A DNA stretch of 64,000 nucleotides from an uncultured Nitrososphaeraceae archaeon (lineage in GTDB: Archaea > Thermoproteota > Nitrososphaeria > Nitrososphaerales > Nitrososphaeraceae), in contig CAVSMN010000013.1 of the NCBI GenBank assembly GCA_963729045.1, positions 32,001-96,000 on the forward strand, given 5' to 3'. Positions 53,757 through 64,000 of the stretch are shown here, one piece after another. The notes beneath the pieces are model-generated. The model did no database searches and had not been told where the DNA came from. It was given only the letters and a program-made list of their open reading frames with translations. Every line of letters starts with the position of its first letter. Position 1 is the first letter of the stretch. The position numbers and the translations under genes were made by a program.

Positions 53757-53947
53757 TAACTCATTAAAAGTAATTTTTGACTAATATTTACTAATTGTGT
53801 CTCTATGGTGCTATTGGTCACCATACGTTGCTTGCTCTTCTCTCTTTTTCATATCTAATTACAAGTAATTATTCTGTGCGGGATTTGATGAGAAACAAAT
53901 AAAATTAATCTCCGATAAAATTCCAATTAATAAACGGGATATGAATC

Positions 53948-55021
53948 ATGAATGACCAAAAAGCTGAAAGAAATTTCGATATAGATGTTGATAAACAAAC
54001 TGTTATGACTTTGGGCTCACATTGCTCATTACAGGTATTAAAAGGAGCCAAAGATGAGGGGTTCAAAACCTTGTTAGTATGTGAAGAAAAACGATTTGAC
54101 ATGTACAAGCGGTTCAAATTTATTGACAATATTGTATCGATTAAAAATTTTAAAGAAATAGTAAATAAGAATTTTCAAGACGAATTAATTGAAAAGTTTA
54201 GTCCAATCTTGATCCCTCACGGAACCTTGATTTCTACATTAAATATGGATGAACTGGAGAGTATTAAGATACCCATATTTGGTAATAAATGGATCCTAAG
54301 ATGGGAATCAGATAGAATGTTAAAACAACAATTAATGGACGAATCAAAGTTACCTTCGCCGACTCAAATATCCTCTAAGAATGAAATCGATGGTTTGTGT
54401 ATAGTGAAATTACATGGAGCAGCTGGGGGAAAAGGGTATTTCTTGGTCACTGATAAAAAGGGATTCGAAGAACAGGCACAAAAACTCATAAAATCACATG
54501 TAATAGAGTCCGAGGAAAATTTGTTTATACAAAAATATGCTAACGGAGTCCCAGTTTATTTACAATATTTTTATTCACCTATTACCAATGAACTCGAGTT
54601 ATTAGGGATAGACAGACGTTATGAAACTGATATAGATGCAATAGGGCGAATCCCATCAAAGTATCAAATAACTTCTAACATTGAGCCGTCTTATACTGTT
54701 GTAGGAAATATACCAATCGTCCTAAGAGAATCTTTGCTTCCAGAGGTTTACTCCATGGGTGAACGATTTGTTGAATCATCAAGAAAATTAGTCCCTCCGG
54801 GAATGCCTGGACCCTTTTGCATCGAAGGTGTTTATGATAATAATGCTAATTTCATAGCATTTGAATTTTCAGCGCGCATCGTAGCTGGAACAAACTTGTA
54901 CGTTTCGGGTTCACCTTATTCAGATTTATTGTTTGAGACTCCGATGAGTATGGGGAGGAGAATCTCCTTAGAAATAAAAAGGGCTATTGAATCATCCAAA
55001 ATTGGTTTAATAACGACTTGA
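53948..55021 (+). CDS. purP: FAICAR synthetase PurP family (ATP-grasp)
   Basis: LGSHCSLQVLKGAKDEGF, GGKGYF, GIDRRYE and FEFSARIVAGTN motifs. Confidence 0.92.
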   Translation: MNDQKAERNFDIDVDKQTVMTLGSHCSLQVLKGAKDEGFKTLLVCEEKRFDMYKRFKFIDNIVSIKNFKEIVNKNFQDELIEKFSPILIPHGTLISTLNMDELESIKIPIFGNKWILRWESDRMLKQQLMDESKLPSPTQISSKNEIDGLCIVKLHGAAGGKGYFLVTDKKGFEEQAQKLIKSHVIESEENLFIQKYANGVPVYLQYFYSPITNELELLGIDRRYETDIDAIGRIPSKYQITSNIEPSYTVVGNIPIVLRESLLPEVYSMGERFVESSRKLVPPGMPGPFCIEGVYDNNANFIAFEFSARIVAGTNLYVSGSPYSDLLFETPMSMGRRISLEIKRAIESSKIGLITT

Positions 55022-55097
55022 TTTTTTCAATCTTATAGTCACAATGGTTGGAAAAAAAGAAAGTTTACTCGCATGAAATCAAATCAAGCAGATTAAA

Positions 55098-55370
55098 TCA
55101 AATTAGTTTTGTCGATAATGTGAAATCTTTTCTCTTATCTATTTCAACCAACAAATCCATTCCTTCCTTAGTTATGACATAATACTTTGAATTCTTTAAT
55201 ACATAATTTTTCATCCTTTCTAGGTGATAATAGATAGATCCTGTAGATAGACCTGTGATGGTTCTGATTTCAGAAAAACATGCGGATCCATTCTTCTTTA
55301 CAATAGCTCTCAATATTTTGATCCTGGTTCTTTTTGCCCTAAGCTGTGTATCACCCATTGACTCTATCAT
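55098..55370 (-). CDS. Winged-HTH regulator (ArsR-like)
   Basis: TRIKIL..FSEI..GLSTGSIYYHL..Y.IT.EG pattern. Confidence 0.78.
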   Translation of the reverse strand: MIESMGDTQLRAKRTRIKILRAIVKKNGSACFSEIRTITGLSTGSIYYHLERMKNYVLKNSKYYVITKEGMDLLVEIDKRKDFTLSTKLI

Positions 55371-55566
55371 ATAATCCTGTTTTTTTTTATTTCTTGTGGT
55401 GTTGTTTATTATAACTTAATTATATAAGAATCGATTAACTGTTCTCTTTTTATGAGTGCCATCTAACGTCATAGTGATTTCACGGTTACAATCTCGTCCC
55501 AATTTGCGATAGCAGTAGTATGCATCTTTAACTATCTCTTAATTTTGGTTATTTTTAGACCTGGAA

Positions 55567-56160
55567 TTATTGTTTATTGTTATTATTGTTATTATTGTTG
55601 CTACTTGAGTAGCCCGGATTCCTCTTTATTACATTTTTTCCCTTATCTGAAGGTATGATTTTCATTTTTTCATCCAAAAAACTCTTGTTAAACTGGTTGC
55701 CTTCAAATATTCTATCTAGAAAAATTGCTAATGCAGCAATTTCTGAGTGAGGTTGACTGCCGATTGCAATGTTATAATCAGCAAGAAAATAAACCTCTTT
55801 TGGAACCTTTTCTGCTCCAATTATGACTAATATTCTTTGACTTAATTCTTTGATCTCTTTTATTTTTTGATTGATTGGCGCTCCATACATTGTAAGATGA
55901 ACAACTTTGCCGCCATTTTCTTTCCATGTTTTCAGTATCTTTTTCCAATTGTCAATGATTTCAAGTCTAAATTCTTTTTCTCCTCCCCATCTTTTATTGA
56001 CTTTATCTAGTGTTTTTTTTATTTCATCATCCACATCAGTCATGTAGATTACTTCGCTTCCCATAGCCCTTGATACCAACACAGCGTGAGTAGTAGTTCT
56101 GTCATCTCTTACCAGTCTGTGTCCTATTCTAAGTACTGCTACAGATGGTGGCATAGTCAT
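55567..56160 (-). CDS. trm56: tRNA (cytidine-56-2'-O)-methyltransferase
   Basis: LRIGHRLVRDDRTTTH, HLTMYG, GAEKVP and QPHSEIAALA motifs. Confidence 0.95.
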   Translation of the reverse strand: MTMPPSVAVLRIGHRLVRDDRTTTHAVLVSRAMGSEVIYMTDVDDEIKKTLDKVNKRWGGEKEFRLEIIDNWKKILKTWKENGGKVVHLTMYGAPINQKIKEIKELSQRILVIIGAEKVPKEVYFLADYNIAIGSQPHSEIAALAIFLDRIFEGNQFNKSFLDEKMKIIPSDKGKNVIKRNPGYSSSNNNNNNNNKQ

Positions 56161-56259
56161 TAGCTAATCTTCATCACGACCCCTGCTATCATCTTTTCAG
56201 TCACCAATGGAGATTTCTAAAAAAAATAACAAGATTACACTTTTGTTGCTTTTACTATT

Positions 56260-56775
56260 CTATTCTTCTACGTTCTCTTCATTGGGGTTTATAAATAGCG
56301 TTATTCCCAAAAACCGTTCAAGTTTCTTTGCTATAATTTCATCAGGCCTTATCGAACCTGTTTCGATTTTCTTTATCAGCGTCACTTTTTCGTTAATTTT
56401 TTGTCCAAGTTGTTCGTGTGTTAGCCCCTTTTTACTCCTGGCATTTCTTATTAAAGATGGAAATTCCGGATCAAGAATCAGTTCATCAACCCAGTTGATT
56501 TTCTTTAAGGGTGGTGGTTTAATCTTTGGAGGTGCTCTTATTTTTCTGGCATAAAGATTCTTTGAACCTTGTTGGGGGCCAGATGCAGGTTTGGGGGATA
56601 AATATCCTACAGGGGTTGTCACTTTTGGTGAACCTATGTTCTTTGAAACATTATTGGATTCTACTGCTTTGCCTCTTTTTGAACAAGACAAACAGACACT
56701 CATAATTGATTTCTCAATTATTACTTTCTTGCTTACCTCGGTATGTTTTCCGCATAATTCACAAAAAGAAGCCAT
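56260..56775 (-). CDS. Archaeal multiprotein bridging factor aMBF1
   Basis: N-terminal CELCG..C..C zinc ribbon plus C-terminal HTH IRNAR..GLT.EQL..KIETG. Confidence 0.92.
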   Translation of the reverse strand: MASFCELCGKHTEVSKKVIIEKSIMSVCLSCSKRGKAVESNNVSKNIGSPKVTTPVGYLSPKPASGPQQGSKNLYARKIRAPPKIKPPPLKKINWVDELILDPEFPSLIRNARSKKGLTHEQLGQKINEKVTLIKKIETGSIRPDEIIAKKLERFLGITLFINPNEENVEE

Positions 56776-56806
56776 GTATGTACTAATCGGTTCTAATTTA
56801 TTAGGA

Positions 56807-56868
56807 TTTGGCGTCTTTGTGCGTCTTTGGCGTCTTTGGCGTCTTTGGCGTCTTTGGCGTGTTTGGCG
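56807..56868. repeat. 9-bp tandem repeat (tttggcgtc, ~6.5 copies) upstream of aMBF1
   Basis: Directly visible. Confidence 0.85.
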
Positions 56869-57802
56869 GCCTACTTTTCTCTGTTGTTCGTGTCTAGGTA
56901 TATTGCAACTAACGAGAATTATCTACAACTAGGATGATTTCTAAGCATATACTCGATTTTGTTTACTGATATTTCATTTAATAGGCTGTCTGCTCATGGC
57001 TTATCCAAAATAAAATCAAATGACTGCATGATTTCTTCTAACCTTTGATTTGTCCATACTGGATTGGTAGAATTAAAGAGTATTAATCTGTTAAAGGAGG
57101 TCACAGCCTACAGTATGTGGCATAAAAACAGAGGGTATTGATATTGGTTTTATTTCTCTTCTTGCAGGCTGTAACAATAACCTTAGACATTTTCGCACCT
57201 GACCTGTAGGAATCCGGGTATACGTTTCACTATCGGATTTATCTTTCATCTGACTGTCAAATTCTCTAATTGTACGTGATATGATGGTATATGATGGAAG
57301 CAAGATACACAGACCTGAAACTGTTAGTCTTTTAGACATTTATAAATAGTTTAATATATTAACTATTTGGACTGTGTCCATATTCTTTGCTATATTTAAT
57401 AAAAAGCGACACCAAGAGCATACCGTTGTATGTCATAATTAACCAATAATATATGTATATACTTATCAATGATTTGCTTATATAACATTAGTATCCTTGG
57501 ACCTGAAATATGATATGCAAAGAAGCAAGAAAACATTGAACTTTTAATTAGTTTATACTAAGTTTTTGACATATTGGAAATAGTAAGGAAAATTATAAAA
57601 AACTATCATTATTGACGATATTTACATAATATAATCCAAATATTGTAAAAATTATGACTAATGATAAAATGTTGACAATTTTCAAGTTACAGGAGTGATT
57701 TGTTGAATGGCAAAATACTCTCCATCTTACTTCTCAGAGGTTCCTTACCAGTTAGCAATCCAGATGGTTTTTATTGTAGACATCTCTAGTTAGGTTGTTT
57801 AA

Positions 57803-58318
57803 TTGCAAAAGCTATTTCTAGATCCGTATCAGAAAATATGCTCTCATGTGGATTTTCTCTTTGGAAGGGATATCAGCTCAATTCTTCCAAAAGATTTAGA
57901 GCTTGAATATTCTAGAAAAACTGGGAAAATCAAGAGTTTTAGCATAGATGGAAAATTAATCGGAACCTTTCGAACTGATGGGGGAATTGCATTAACTATT
58001 GACGGTGCCAAACTTTTTCTAAAACAAAAGGGGTATCAATCCAATTGTGTTATACCTATTGAAGATGCCATACCTTTCGTATCCGAAGGTAGATCCCTCT
58101 TCGTAAAGCATGTGTTAAAATGTGGTGAGAACGTTAAAAGCGGGTCGGATGTTGCAGTAATAGACAAAAATCAATCTGTTTTGGCTGTAGGTCGATCTTT
58201 GTTGCCTTTTTCATACTATTTACAGTCATTAGATGATATTGCTGATCATAATATGGGCTCGCTTATCCGTGGTATAGGGATAAAAATTAGAGAAGGAATA
58301 AAAAGCAGAAGTACGTAG
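57803..58318 (+). CDS. PUA-domain protein (resembles the archaeosine TGT C-terminal domains)
   Basis: DFLFG, SRKTGKIK, R.DG...LT..GA and FV.EGRSLF.KHV motifs. Confidence 0.82.
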   Translation: MQKLFLDPYQKICSHVDFLFGRDISSILPKDLELEYSRKTGKIKSFSIDGKLIGTFRTDGGIALTIDGAKLFLKQKGYQSNCVIPIEDAIPFVSEGRSLFVKHVLKCGENVKSGSDVAVIDKNQSVLAVGRSLLPFSYYLQSLDDIADHNMGSLIRGIGIKIREGIKSRST

Positions 58319-58326
58319 GGATTTCT

Positions 58327-58665
58327 ATGATGCGATCGGGCAATAGAGATATGCGCAGAATGCTTGACCGGATGGGTTTAGACATGAAAGATTTAGGTTC
58401 GGTAGAGGAAGTCATTATAAGAACCGATATGAAAGAAATATTTCTTAAAAAACCCCAAGTTGTTGAAATGAAAGGCAAAGATAGTACTATTTTTCAGGTT
58501 ATTGCTACCGATATCGAAGAAACTAACAGGGATGTTCCTTCTTTTAAGGAAGAAGATATTATTTTAGTTATGCAACAGGCAAATGTCTCAAAAGAAAAAG
58601 CGATCGTTGCTTTGACAGATACTAAGGGCGATATCGCACAAGCAATACTTAATTTGACAGTTTAA
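58327..58665 (+). CDS. nac: Nascent polypeptide-associated complex protein
   Basis: RMLDRMG, VEEVII, and UBA-like EDI.LVMQQANVS.E.A..AL....GDIAQAI. Confidence 0.93.
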   Translation: MMRSGNRDMRRMLDRMGLDMKDLGSVEEVIIRTDMKEIFLKKPQVVEMKGKDSTIFQVIATDIEETNRDVPSFKEEDIILVMQQANVSKEKAIVALTDTKGDIAQAILNLTV

Positions 58666-59004
58666 CAAACGCTATCTCTTTATCAATTAATTAGGGATAC
58701 GAAAAGACTCAAAATATTTAATTATATTATAATTTTAAAGAATTATTAATAATTATTTGGAAATTATATGATGATTATTCCGATATTCGATTGATTTTTA
58801 GAAACATTGCATGTAAAAATGTTGTTTTTATTATCCGATTCTCATTACGCTAATAATCTGTGCCTTAACTTGAGGAAAGTCACTACGTGATTACATTTGG
58901 ATTTGGATCGATTTGAAATTTGTGTAATTCTTGCATTTTGATTACCTGAAAATTATACGTAATCTTTAATAGGCTTATAACATCACGCTAAAGTAGCAAT
59001 AGAA

Positions 59005-59655
59005 ATGTTCAACTTAACAAGTTGTCCACCAGTTATTGTTGCGACAGTATCAGGCCGTTCCTATTATAAAATAACAAATGTTTTAAAGTCGCTTGACTTA
59101 CGTTATTTGTCGTTATCACCTGAAGAAGCGGCGCTATCAACCGGGAAAGTTATAATTACAACCATCGATGAATCCAAAATCGTAAATAGAGATAACATGT
59201 ATTTGGATACCCAATTAGAAGAATTTCCTCTGTCCATAAAAGCAAAAATTCTACAAAATTGCATGGGCTACTTTGGTTCCTCTAAAGAACAATTGATAAT
59301 CGGGATAGATCCTGGAAAAAGGATTGGCATTTCTATACTGTACTGCTATTTCGAACTAGATAGGATAGTTTTGTCTTCGGTTAATTCCACAGTTGAAAAA
59401 ATCAGTTTTGTTTTATCCTCAATCGAGTCTCCAACTAAAATAGTTAGAATTGGTGATGGAAGCTTGGCTCTATCTCATCAAATAGCTGGAATTCTAAAAT
59501 CGTATTTCAAAGACGAGGTAATTATTGAAATTGTAGACGAATATGGAACCTCTATAAGACAAGGTACGGAAAAAAACCGAGGTGGGATCCGTGATATTAG
59601 CTCTGCTAGAAAAATTGCTTTTAGAAAGGGGAAAATATGGAATAGTTGCAAATAG
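59005..59655 (+). CDS. Hypothetical protein with YqgF/RNase H-like C-terminal domain
   Basis: IIGIDPG, IGDG, VDEYGTS and D..SA..IA motifs. Confidence 0.65.
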   Translation: MFNLTSCPPVIVATVSGRSYYKITNVLKSLDLRYLSLSPEEAALSTGKVIITTIDESKIVNRDNMYLDTQLEEFPLSIKAKILQNCMGYFGSSKEQLIIGIDPGKRIGISILYCYFELDRIVLSSVNSTVEKISFVLSSIESPTKIVRIGDGSLALSHQIAGILKSYFKDEVIIEIVDEYGTSIRQGTEKNRGGIRDISSARKIAFRKGKIWNSCK

Positions 59656-59702
59656 CAGACCAGCATTAAGTTATTAATACCGTCTAGTTAATTTTATTTC
59701 AG

Positions 59703-59777
59703 GCGAGGTTGGCCCAGCCTGGTTAAGGTACGAGCTTCCCAAGCTCGGGATCGCGGGTTCAAATCCCGCACTTCGCA
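59703..59777 (+). tRNA. tRNA-Gly(CCC)
   Basis: Acceptor stem GCGAGGT/ACTTCGC, anticodon arm CGAGC-TTCCCAA-GCTCG, T-arm GCGGG-TTCAAAT-CCCGC; no encoded CCA; followed by a T-tract. Confidence 0.96.
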
Positions 59778-59863
59778 CTTTTTTTTGAGATTGATTTGAA
59801 CCCGCTTGTCAAAATGGTGTACAAAAATTAATGTCGGATTCTTCTTTCCTGCTTGGTCACCTA

Positions 59864-60907
59864 CTATTTTACAGTCGACAAAAATGTTTCTATTACATTA
59901 CCGACTTTCTCTGGATATTGATCTGGAACTGCATGACCAGCGTCTTTTATCTGTACAAGCCAGGCTCCTGGAACTTTACTTGCAATGACTAAAGAGTTTT
60001 CATGTGGGACGTAGAGATTATCGTCTGTTCCTGCTATAACTAACAGAGGCTTGTTTATCTTTGCAAGGTCGTCACAAGCACCATTCCAGTCGGAAGCCAC
60101 CCAAGCAAATCCAGCTTCCTTCTGATTGTTCAATGTTTCAGCGGAAAGACTAGGTTTCATTTCCTGGAATGTGATGTTTTCTGGAATCGCTGCAGATTCT
60201 GGGTGTAGTTTTATCCAACCCGGTCCTAATGAGGCCGTTACAAGCGACTTCATTTCATCCTGAGATACAGGTATATTATTTTGGGTTTTGTTTACAATAC
60301 CTGCTTGTAATTTGTCAAACTCAGCAGGTCGAGGTATACCATCTTTCCCACCACAGGAACCCGCAATAAGTACAATGCTACTAACCTTATCAGGATGCGT
60401 AATTGCAAATTGTTGCGTTATGTATGTACCCAAAGAATATCCAAGAACGTTTGCTTGTTGTATTTTCAAAGCATCCATTAAACCCGCAGTATCATTACCA
60501 AGTAATTGTATAGAATACGGTTCGGTCCCTGCAGTGGTATTTCCGATTCCACGACTGTCAAAAATAATTACCGTATGATTTGACGCTAGTCTAGTTAGAA
60601 GGGCTGGATCCCATGCATCCATATTATCAGAAGCACCATTATGAAGTATCAAGGGATCTCCTTTACCAAACATTTTATAAGCCATTTCAATATCTCCAAC
60701 ATGGACTTTTTCTAATGGAATGTCTTGTATGTTTACCAAATTGTTAGTATTGGTGGAGTTGGCCTGAGTAGCATTTGTTTGACCGTCTACTATATTAGTA
60801 AAACCGTTAACCCTAGTCATACTTGAGAAAATTAGAATAGCTAAAACCGCTACTATGAAAAGATAATCTTTTCTTATCTTGCTATTACTATACATAAGCA
60901 CTTTCAT
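59864..60907 (-). CDS. Secreted alpha/beta hydrolase
   Basis: Signal peptide; FDSRGIG, nucleophile GYSLG, GTDD and AGH motifs. Confidence 0.9.
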   Translation of the reverse strand: MKVLMYSNSKIRKDYLFIVAVLAILIFSSMTRVNGFTNIVDGQTNATQANSTNTNNLVNIQDIPLEKVHVGDIEMAYKMFGKGDPLILHNGASDNMDAWDPALLTRLASNHTVIIFDSRGIGNTTAGTEPYSIQLLGNDTAGLMDALKIQQANVLGYSLGTYITQQFAITHPDKVSSIVLIAGSCGGKDGIPRPAEFDKLQAGIVNKTQNNIPVSQDEMKSLVTASLGPGWIKLHPESAAIPENITFQEMKPSLSAETLNNQKEAGFAWVASDWNGACDDLAKINKPLLVIAGTDDNLYVPHENSLVIASKVPGAWLVQIKDAGHAVPDQYPEKVGNVIETFLSTVK

Positions 60908-61326
60908 TTGAGGAAGTATATAAAGAGGGTGAAGTCTTGTAAGAAGATTATCTTGGTCAAATTATCACTCTAATACCAAAAACTAGTGATAGAGGAATCG
61001 AAGGTTCTCTTCTCCAACAATAATCAAAGGGATTTAAATCCTCATGGTGAACCCGTTCACCATGCGACCTGGAAACCATGATATCAAATTAATTTATTGT
61101 GTTTTATGTAATCCTTTAGAATTTGTACAAAAAGAGATTTGAGTCTCATAAGTGGGGGATCTCAATAACATTTGCAGAGATATATCTGGTTTGCAGGCTA
61201 AAAAGCGTATTAATCTATAAAACCATGCTGCTCTAAACCGACTGTCCCTACATCAAAAAATCCACTCTATTATACTCACTATATCACATCATATAGTTGA
61301 CATCTTCAGAATCAGCCTCGATTTCA

Positions 61327-62604
61327 TTACCGTGCTTCTTGATTGACCTCTCTTGCGGGAGATGTGAGCCATTCATACATATCCTGTAATACATATTCTT
61401 CCATTTGATGACCACCTGAGGTTACCCATTGATTGCTAGGAATAAAATTATGCCCAAGATCTGGATAAACAATAATTTGATGGTCAGGATGATTTACTTC
61501 TGTTAATCTTTGTTGTAATAACAATGCTTGTTGAAGAGGGGTTTGACTATCATTTTGCCCTTCTAGGGTAAGTATACTAATATTTGAAGATACGTTCCCT
61601 ATCATGCCGATGACGCTAGGGAGGGCAGAAAAAGATTTTCCAATACTAGGACAACCAATTACGCTTACGCATTTGGCTGACAGCATTGAGGTATTTGGTG
61701 ATGTATCATTTTCATATCCTCTTACAAGTGCAGGCTTTAGCACACCTTCAATACTAATCAAGTCATCACTCGTGTTGTTTTTTTGTTCAGGTAAAATATC
61801 GGTGCCATTATTACCGGTAACGTGAGTCGGGTTAAGAAGAAGTTGAGTTAGGTTTCCACCAACCAACTTTTGAAAGATAGGATCTTTTGATGCTTCCTTC
61901 ACTGAGATCTGTCCAGGATGACCTTTATCTAATATGTTCTCAGCATAAAGAATAGGATTAGCGACTTCTTGGAAATATATAATATCAGTCCATTTTTCAG
62001 CTACTGGAGCCATTAGGACTATATTTCTGACTTTATCGGGGTTTTCGGCGGCAATTCTTGGAGGGAAGGTAGTACCCTCACTGTGTCCAATCAAAGTAAC
62101 CTTTTTAGTTGCATTTACTTCAGGTTGTTGTAATAGTACTGATAAAGCCTTCTCAGCATCATGCTTCAGATTGTCAAATGTAAGATTGCCCCATGCATTA
62201 CTATCTGATATCGTGAGATACGACCCCACACCCCTCTTGTCATATTTAAGAACGGCAAATCCTCTCTCTGCGAGATACTCAGCTAGATGTCCATAGAATA
62301 TTACCTTGCCATATGACGGTGTAATTACTGAACCAGCACCAGCGCCCGGAAAGATAATTACACCAGGGTATGGTCCTTTTCCAATAGCAGGAAAAATCAA
62401 TTGAGCGTTGGTCTTTAATCCATTATCAAGATCAATAGTCAGATTTCTATATTTGACCGTTTGAATATCATGTTGTGCCAATGCATTCTGAAACACAGAC
62501 GAACCAGACGATAATAAATAAGTCACTAAAATTAAAAATGTACCAAAAAATATTCCAAAAACTATTAAGGGTTCTCGCTTAAATCTTATTAAAAGCAATA
62601 ACAT
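61327..62604 (-). CDS. Secreted alpha/beta hydrolase (serine aminopeptidase S33-like)
   Basis: N-terminal TM; YDKRGVG, GHSEG, G.ND.QTP and YPDLGH motifs. Confidence 0.9.
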   Translation of the reverse strand: MLLLLIRFKREPLIVFGIFFGTFLILVTYLLSSGSSVFQNALAQHDIQTVKYRNLTIDLDNGLKTNAQLIFPAIGKGPYPGVIIFPGAGAGSVITPSYGKVIFYGHLAEYLAERGFAVLKYDKRGVGSYLTISDSNAWGNLTFDNLKHDAEKALSVLLQQPEVNATKKVTLIGHSEGTTFPPRIAAENPDKVRNIVLMAPVAEKWTDIIYFQEVANPILYAENILDKGHPGQISVKEASKDPIFQKLVGGNLTQLLLNPTHVTGNNGTDILPEQKNNTSDDLISIEGVLKPALVRGYENDTSPNTSMLSAKCVSVIGCPSIGKSFSALPSVIGMIGNVSSNISILTLEGQNDSQTPLQQALLLQQRLTEVNHPDHQIIVYPDLGHNFIPSNQWVTSGGHQMEEYVLQDMYEWLTSPAREVNQEAR

Positions 62605-62817
62605 TAGTAATAAACCCTCTATATATAAACAAACAATGATTTTTAGAATAAAAGTCAGTCAACTTCGGTGAAAAACAAATCTTCATCCTTTCCGTATCAT
62701 CTCCAATAGTATTCTTCTTGCTCAAATCAAAAATAATCCGGAAAGGATCTTTAAAATGAGTAGGATCTCGTGGTCCTTTATTTTATTATCGGGATTTGAA
62801 CTTTACAATAAAACGGA

Positions 62818-62853
62818 GGGATCGCGGGTTCAAATCCCGCACTTCGCACTTTT
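62818..62853 (+). repeat. att-like duplicate of the tRNA-Gly 3' end
   Basis: 36/36 match to 59747-59782. Confidence 0.93.
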
Positions 62854-63369
62854 AACGCGGGATTTAACCCTTGAATTCTAAAATCTCATCGAAAGCATTG
62901 TTCAGAATTTTTGTGTTCTAACTATCTTACTCAATATTTTTAATTGTCTATCATTGTTTGGTAGACCTCGTAAAAAATTCAAATGGTCAAACCCACCTTC
63001 CATAACCATGATAATCTTCAGACCATAAGAAAATTTACATGGAATGACATATGATCTACAGATTACAACTTTGACTTATCTACCACAATGGATGTAGCAA
63101 TTATACTCACTGATTATTATGGCGTTTGCAGCGGCCGAATTTAATCATGTTTTATTAAATCATCAAATAGTTCAGCATTATGTAATTCAGAGTAGACTAG
63201 TAATATATAGACATGGTAACAATCAGATCACCTATTCAATATATTCCATTTAAATTCGTTAATCAGATACAAACCAGAACGCAATATTTAATTCTTATAT
63301 AAATTTGATCTATAACAAATTTATCAAATAGATATTATACAGAAATGAGATTACGATTGTAACATAAAT

Positions 63370-64000
63370 ATGCATAGTGATAATTCAAATCGAAAATTAT
63401 CTACTAAATCGTTAATGTTACTATCCTTGATACTTATCGTATCTGTTTCCATGTTTAGTTCACCCTCATTATCTAGTTTAATGTATTCTCTCCCAAGTCC
63501 CTCTTCACAATTAAGATTACAACAGGCATTTGCTCAAAATGGGGAGGACAATGATGAAAGCGATAGCAGTAGTGAAAGCGATAGCAGTAGTGAAAGCGAT
63601 AGCAGTAGTGAAAGCGATAGCAGTAGTGAAAGCGATAGCAGTAGTGAAAGCGATAATCCAGACTCTACGAACCCCACAAACTCTGCACCACCACCACCAA
63701 CCAGCTCAGACTCTACAGCCTCGGCGGCCACTGATCCATCTTTATCACCATCTCCAATAACTACAATCCCACCAACATTACAAAATCCCGCTACTCTAAC
63801 CGATAACGATGACAATTCTTCATCCTCTTCCCCGAATGATAATAATGGAGAACAAGAATTGGATTGTGATGATATCTCTGATATGAGATTTCATAGTATC
63901 CTCTAATGATCCAAATGGATTTGATCAAGATAATGATGGTATAGGTTGTGAAAGCAACGGTGGAAATAGTAATGGAAATGTGACTACCTCCTACTCCTGT
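63370..64000 (+). CDS. Secreted Ser/Asp/Pro/Thr-rich protein with Excalibur-like Ca-binding motif; apparent frameshift ~63890, runs off the window
   Basis: Signal peptide; removing one T gives LDCDDISDMRFIVSSNDPNGFDQDNDGIGCES. Confidence 0.75.
63556..63655 (+). repeat. 18-bp tandem repeat x5.5 encoding ESDSSS
   Basis: Unit gaaagcgatagcagtagt. Confidence 0.95.

Larger units (their letters stand above)
59747..62853. mobile_element. tRNA-Gly-integrated islet bounded by 36-bp direct repeats; no integrase seen
   Basis: gggatcgcgggttcaaatcccgcacttcgcactttt at 59747-59782 and 62818-62853. Confidence 0.75.

Noticed and set aside
56207..56932. Plus-strand ORFs 56207-56554 and 56591-56932
   Set aside because: Antisense to aMBF1; the LWR repeat is just the 9-bp VNTR.
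57091..57339. 82-aa minus-strand ORF
   Set aside because: No recognisable motif; cannot be supported or excluded without a homology search.
62818..62853. Second tRNA gene
   Set aside because: Only the 3' half is present; there is no D-arm or anticodon arm, so it is treated as an att site.

Overview
AT-rich archaeal chromosome segment. Gene content (TFE, thermosome, aMBF1, NAC, aTrm56, S19e/L44e/S27e, PurP, GTP cyclohydrolase IIa, cobalamin genes, many soluble two-component proteins) points to a soil ammonia-oxidising archaeon, most likely Nitrosocosmicus-like; this taxonomy is inference. Positions ~1-31 kb are accessory: signalling proteins, a voltage-gated cation channel, a class III cyclase, a DUF72-DinB fusion and several secreted low-complexity proteins. 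Positions ~31.6-59.7 kb are core housekeeping (riboflavin operon, late cobalamin operon, translation and folding genes). tRNA-Gly(CCC) at 59.7 kb is the attachment site of a ~3.1 kb integrase-less island bounded by a 36-bp direct repeat. The most striking unexplained feature is a dispersed family of four secreted proteins built from 1, 2, 4 or 7 copies of a ~48-aa Gln/Asn/Ser-rich C-x9-C repeat; two of the genes share a conserved upstream element and two share a near-identical 3' end. The family is a candidate archaeal functional-amyloid or extracellular fibre system. At least seven genes, including the thermosome, carry apparent frameshifts, probably assembly errors. All family assignments come from motif recognition, not database searches.
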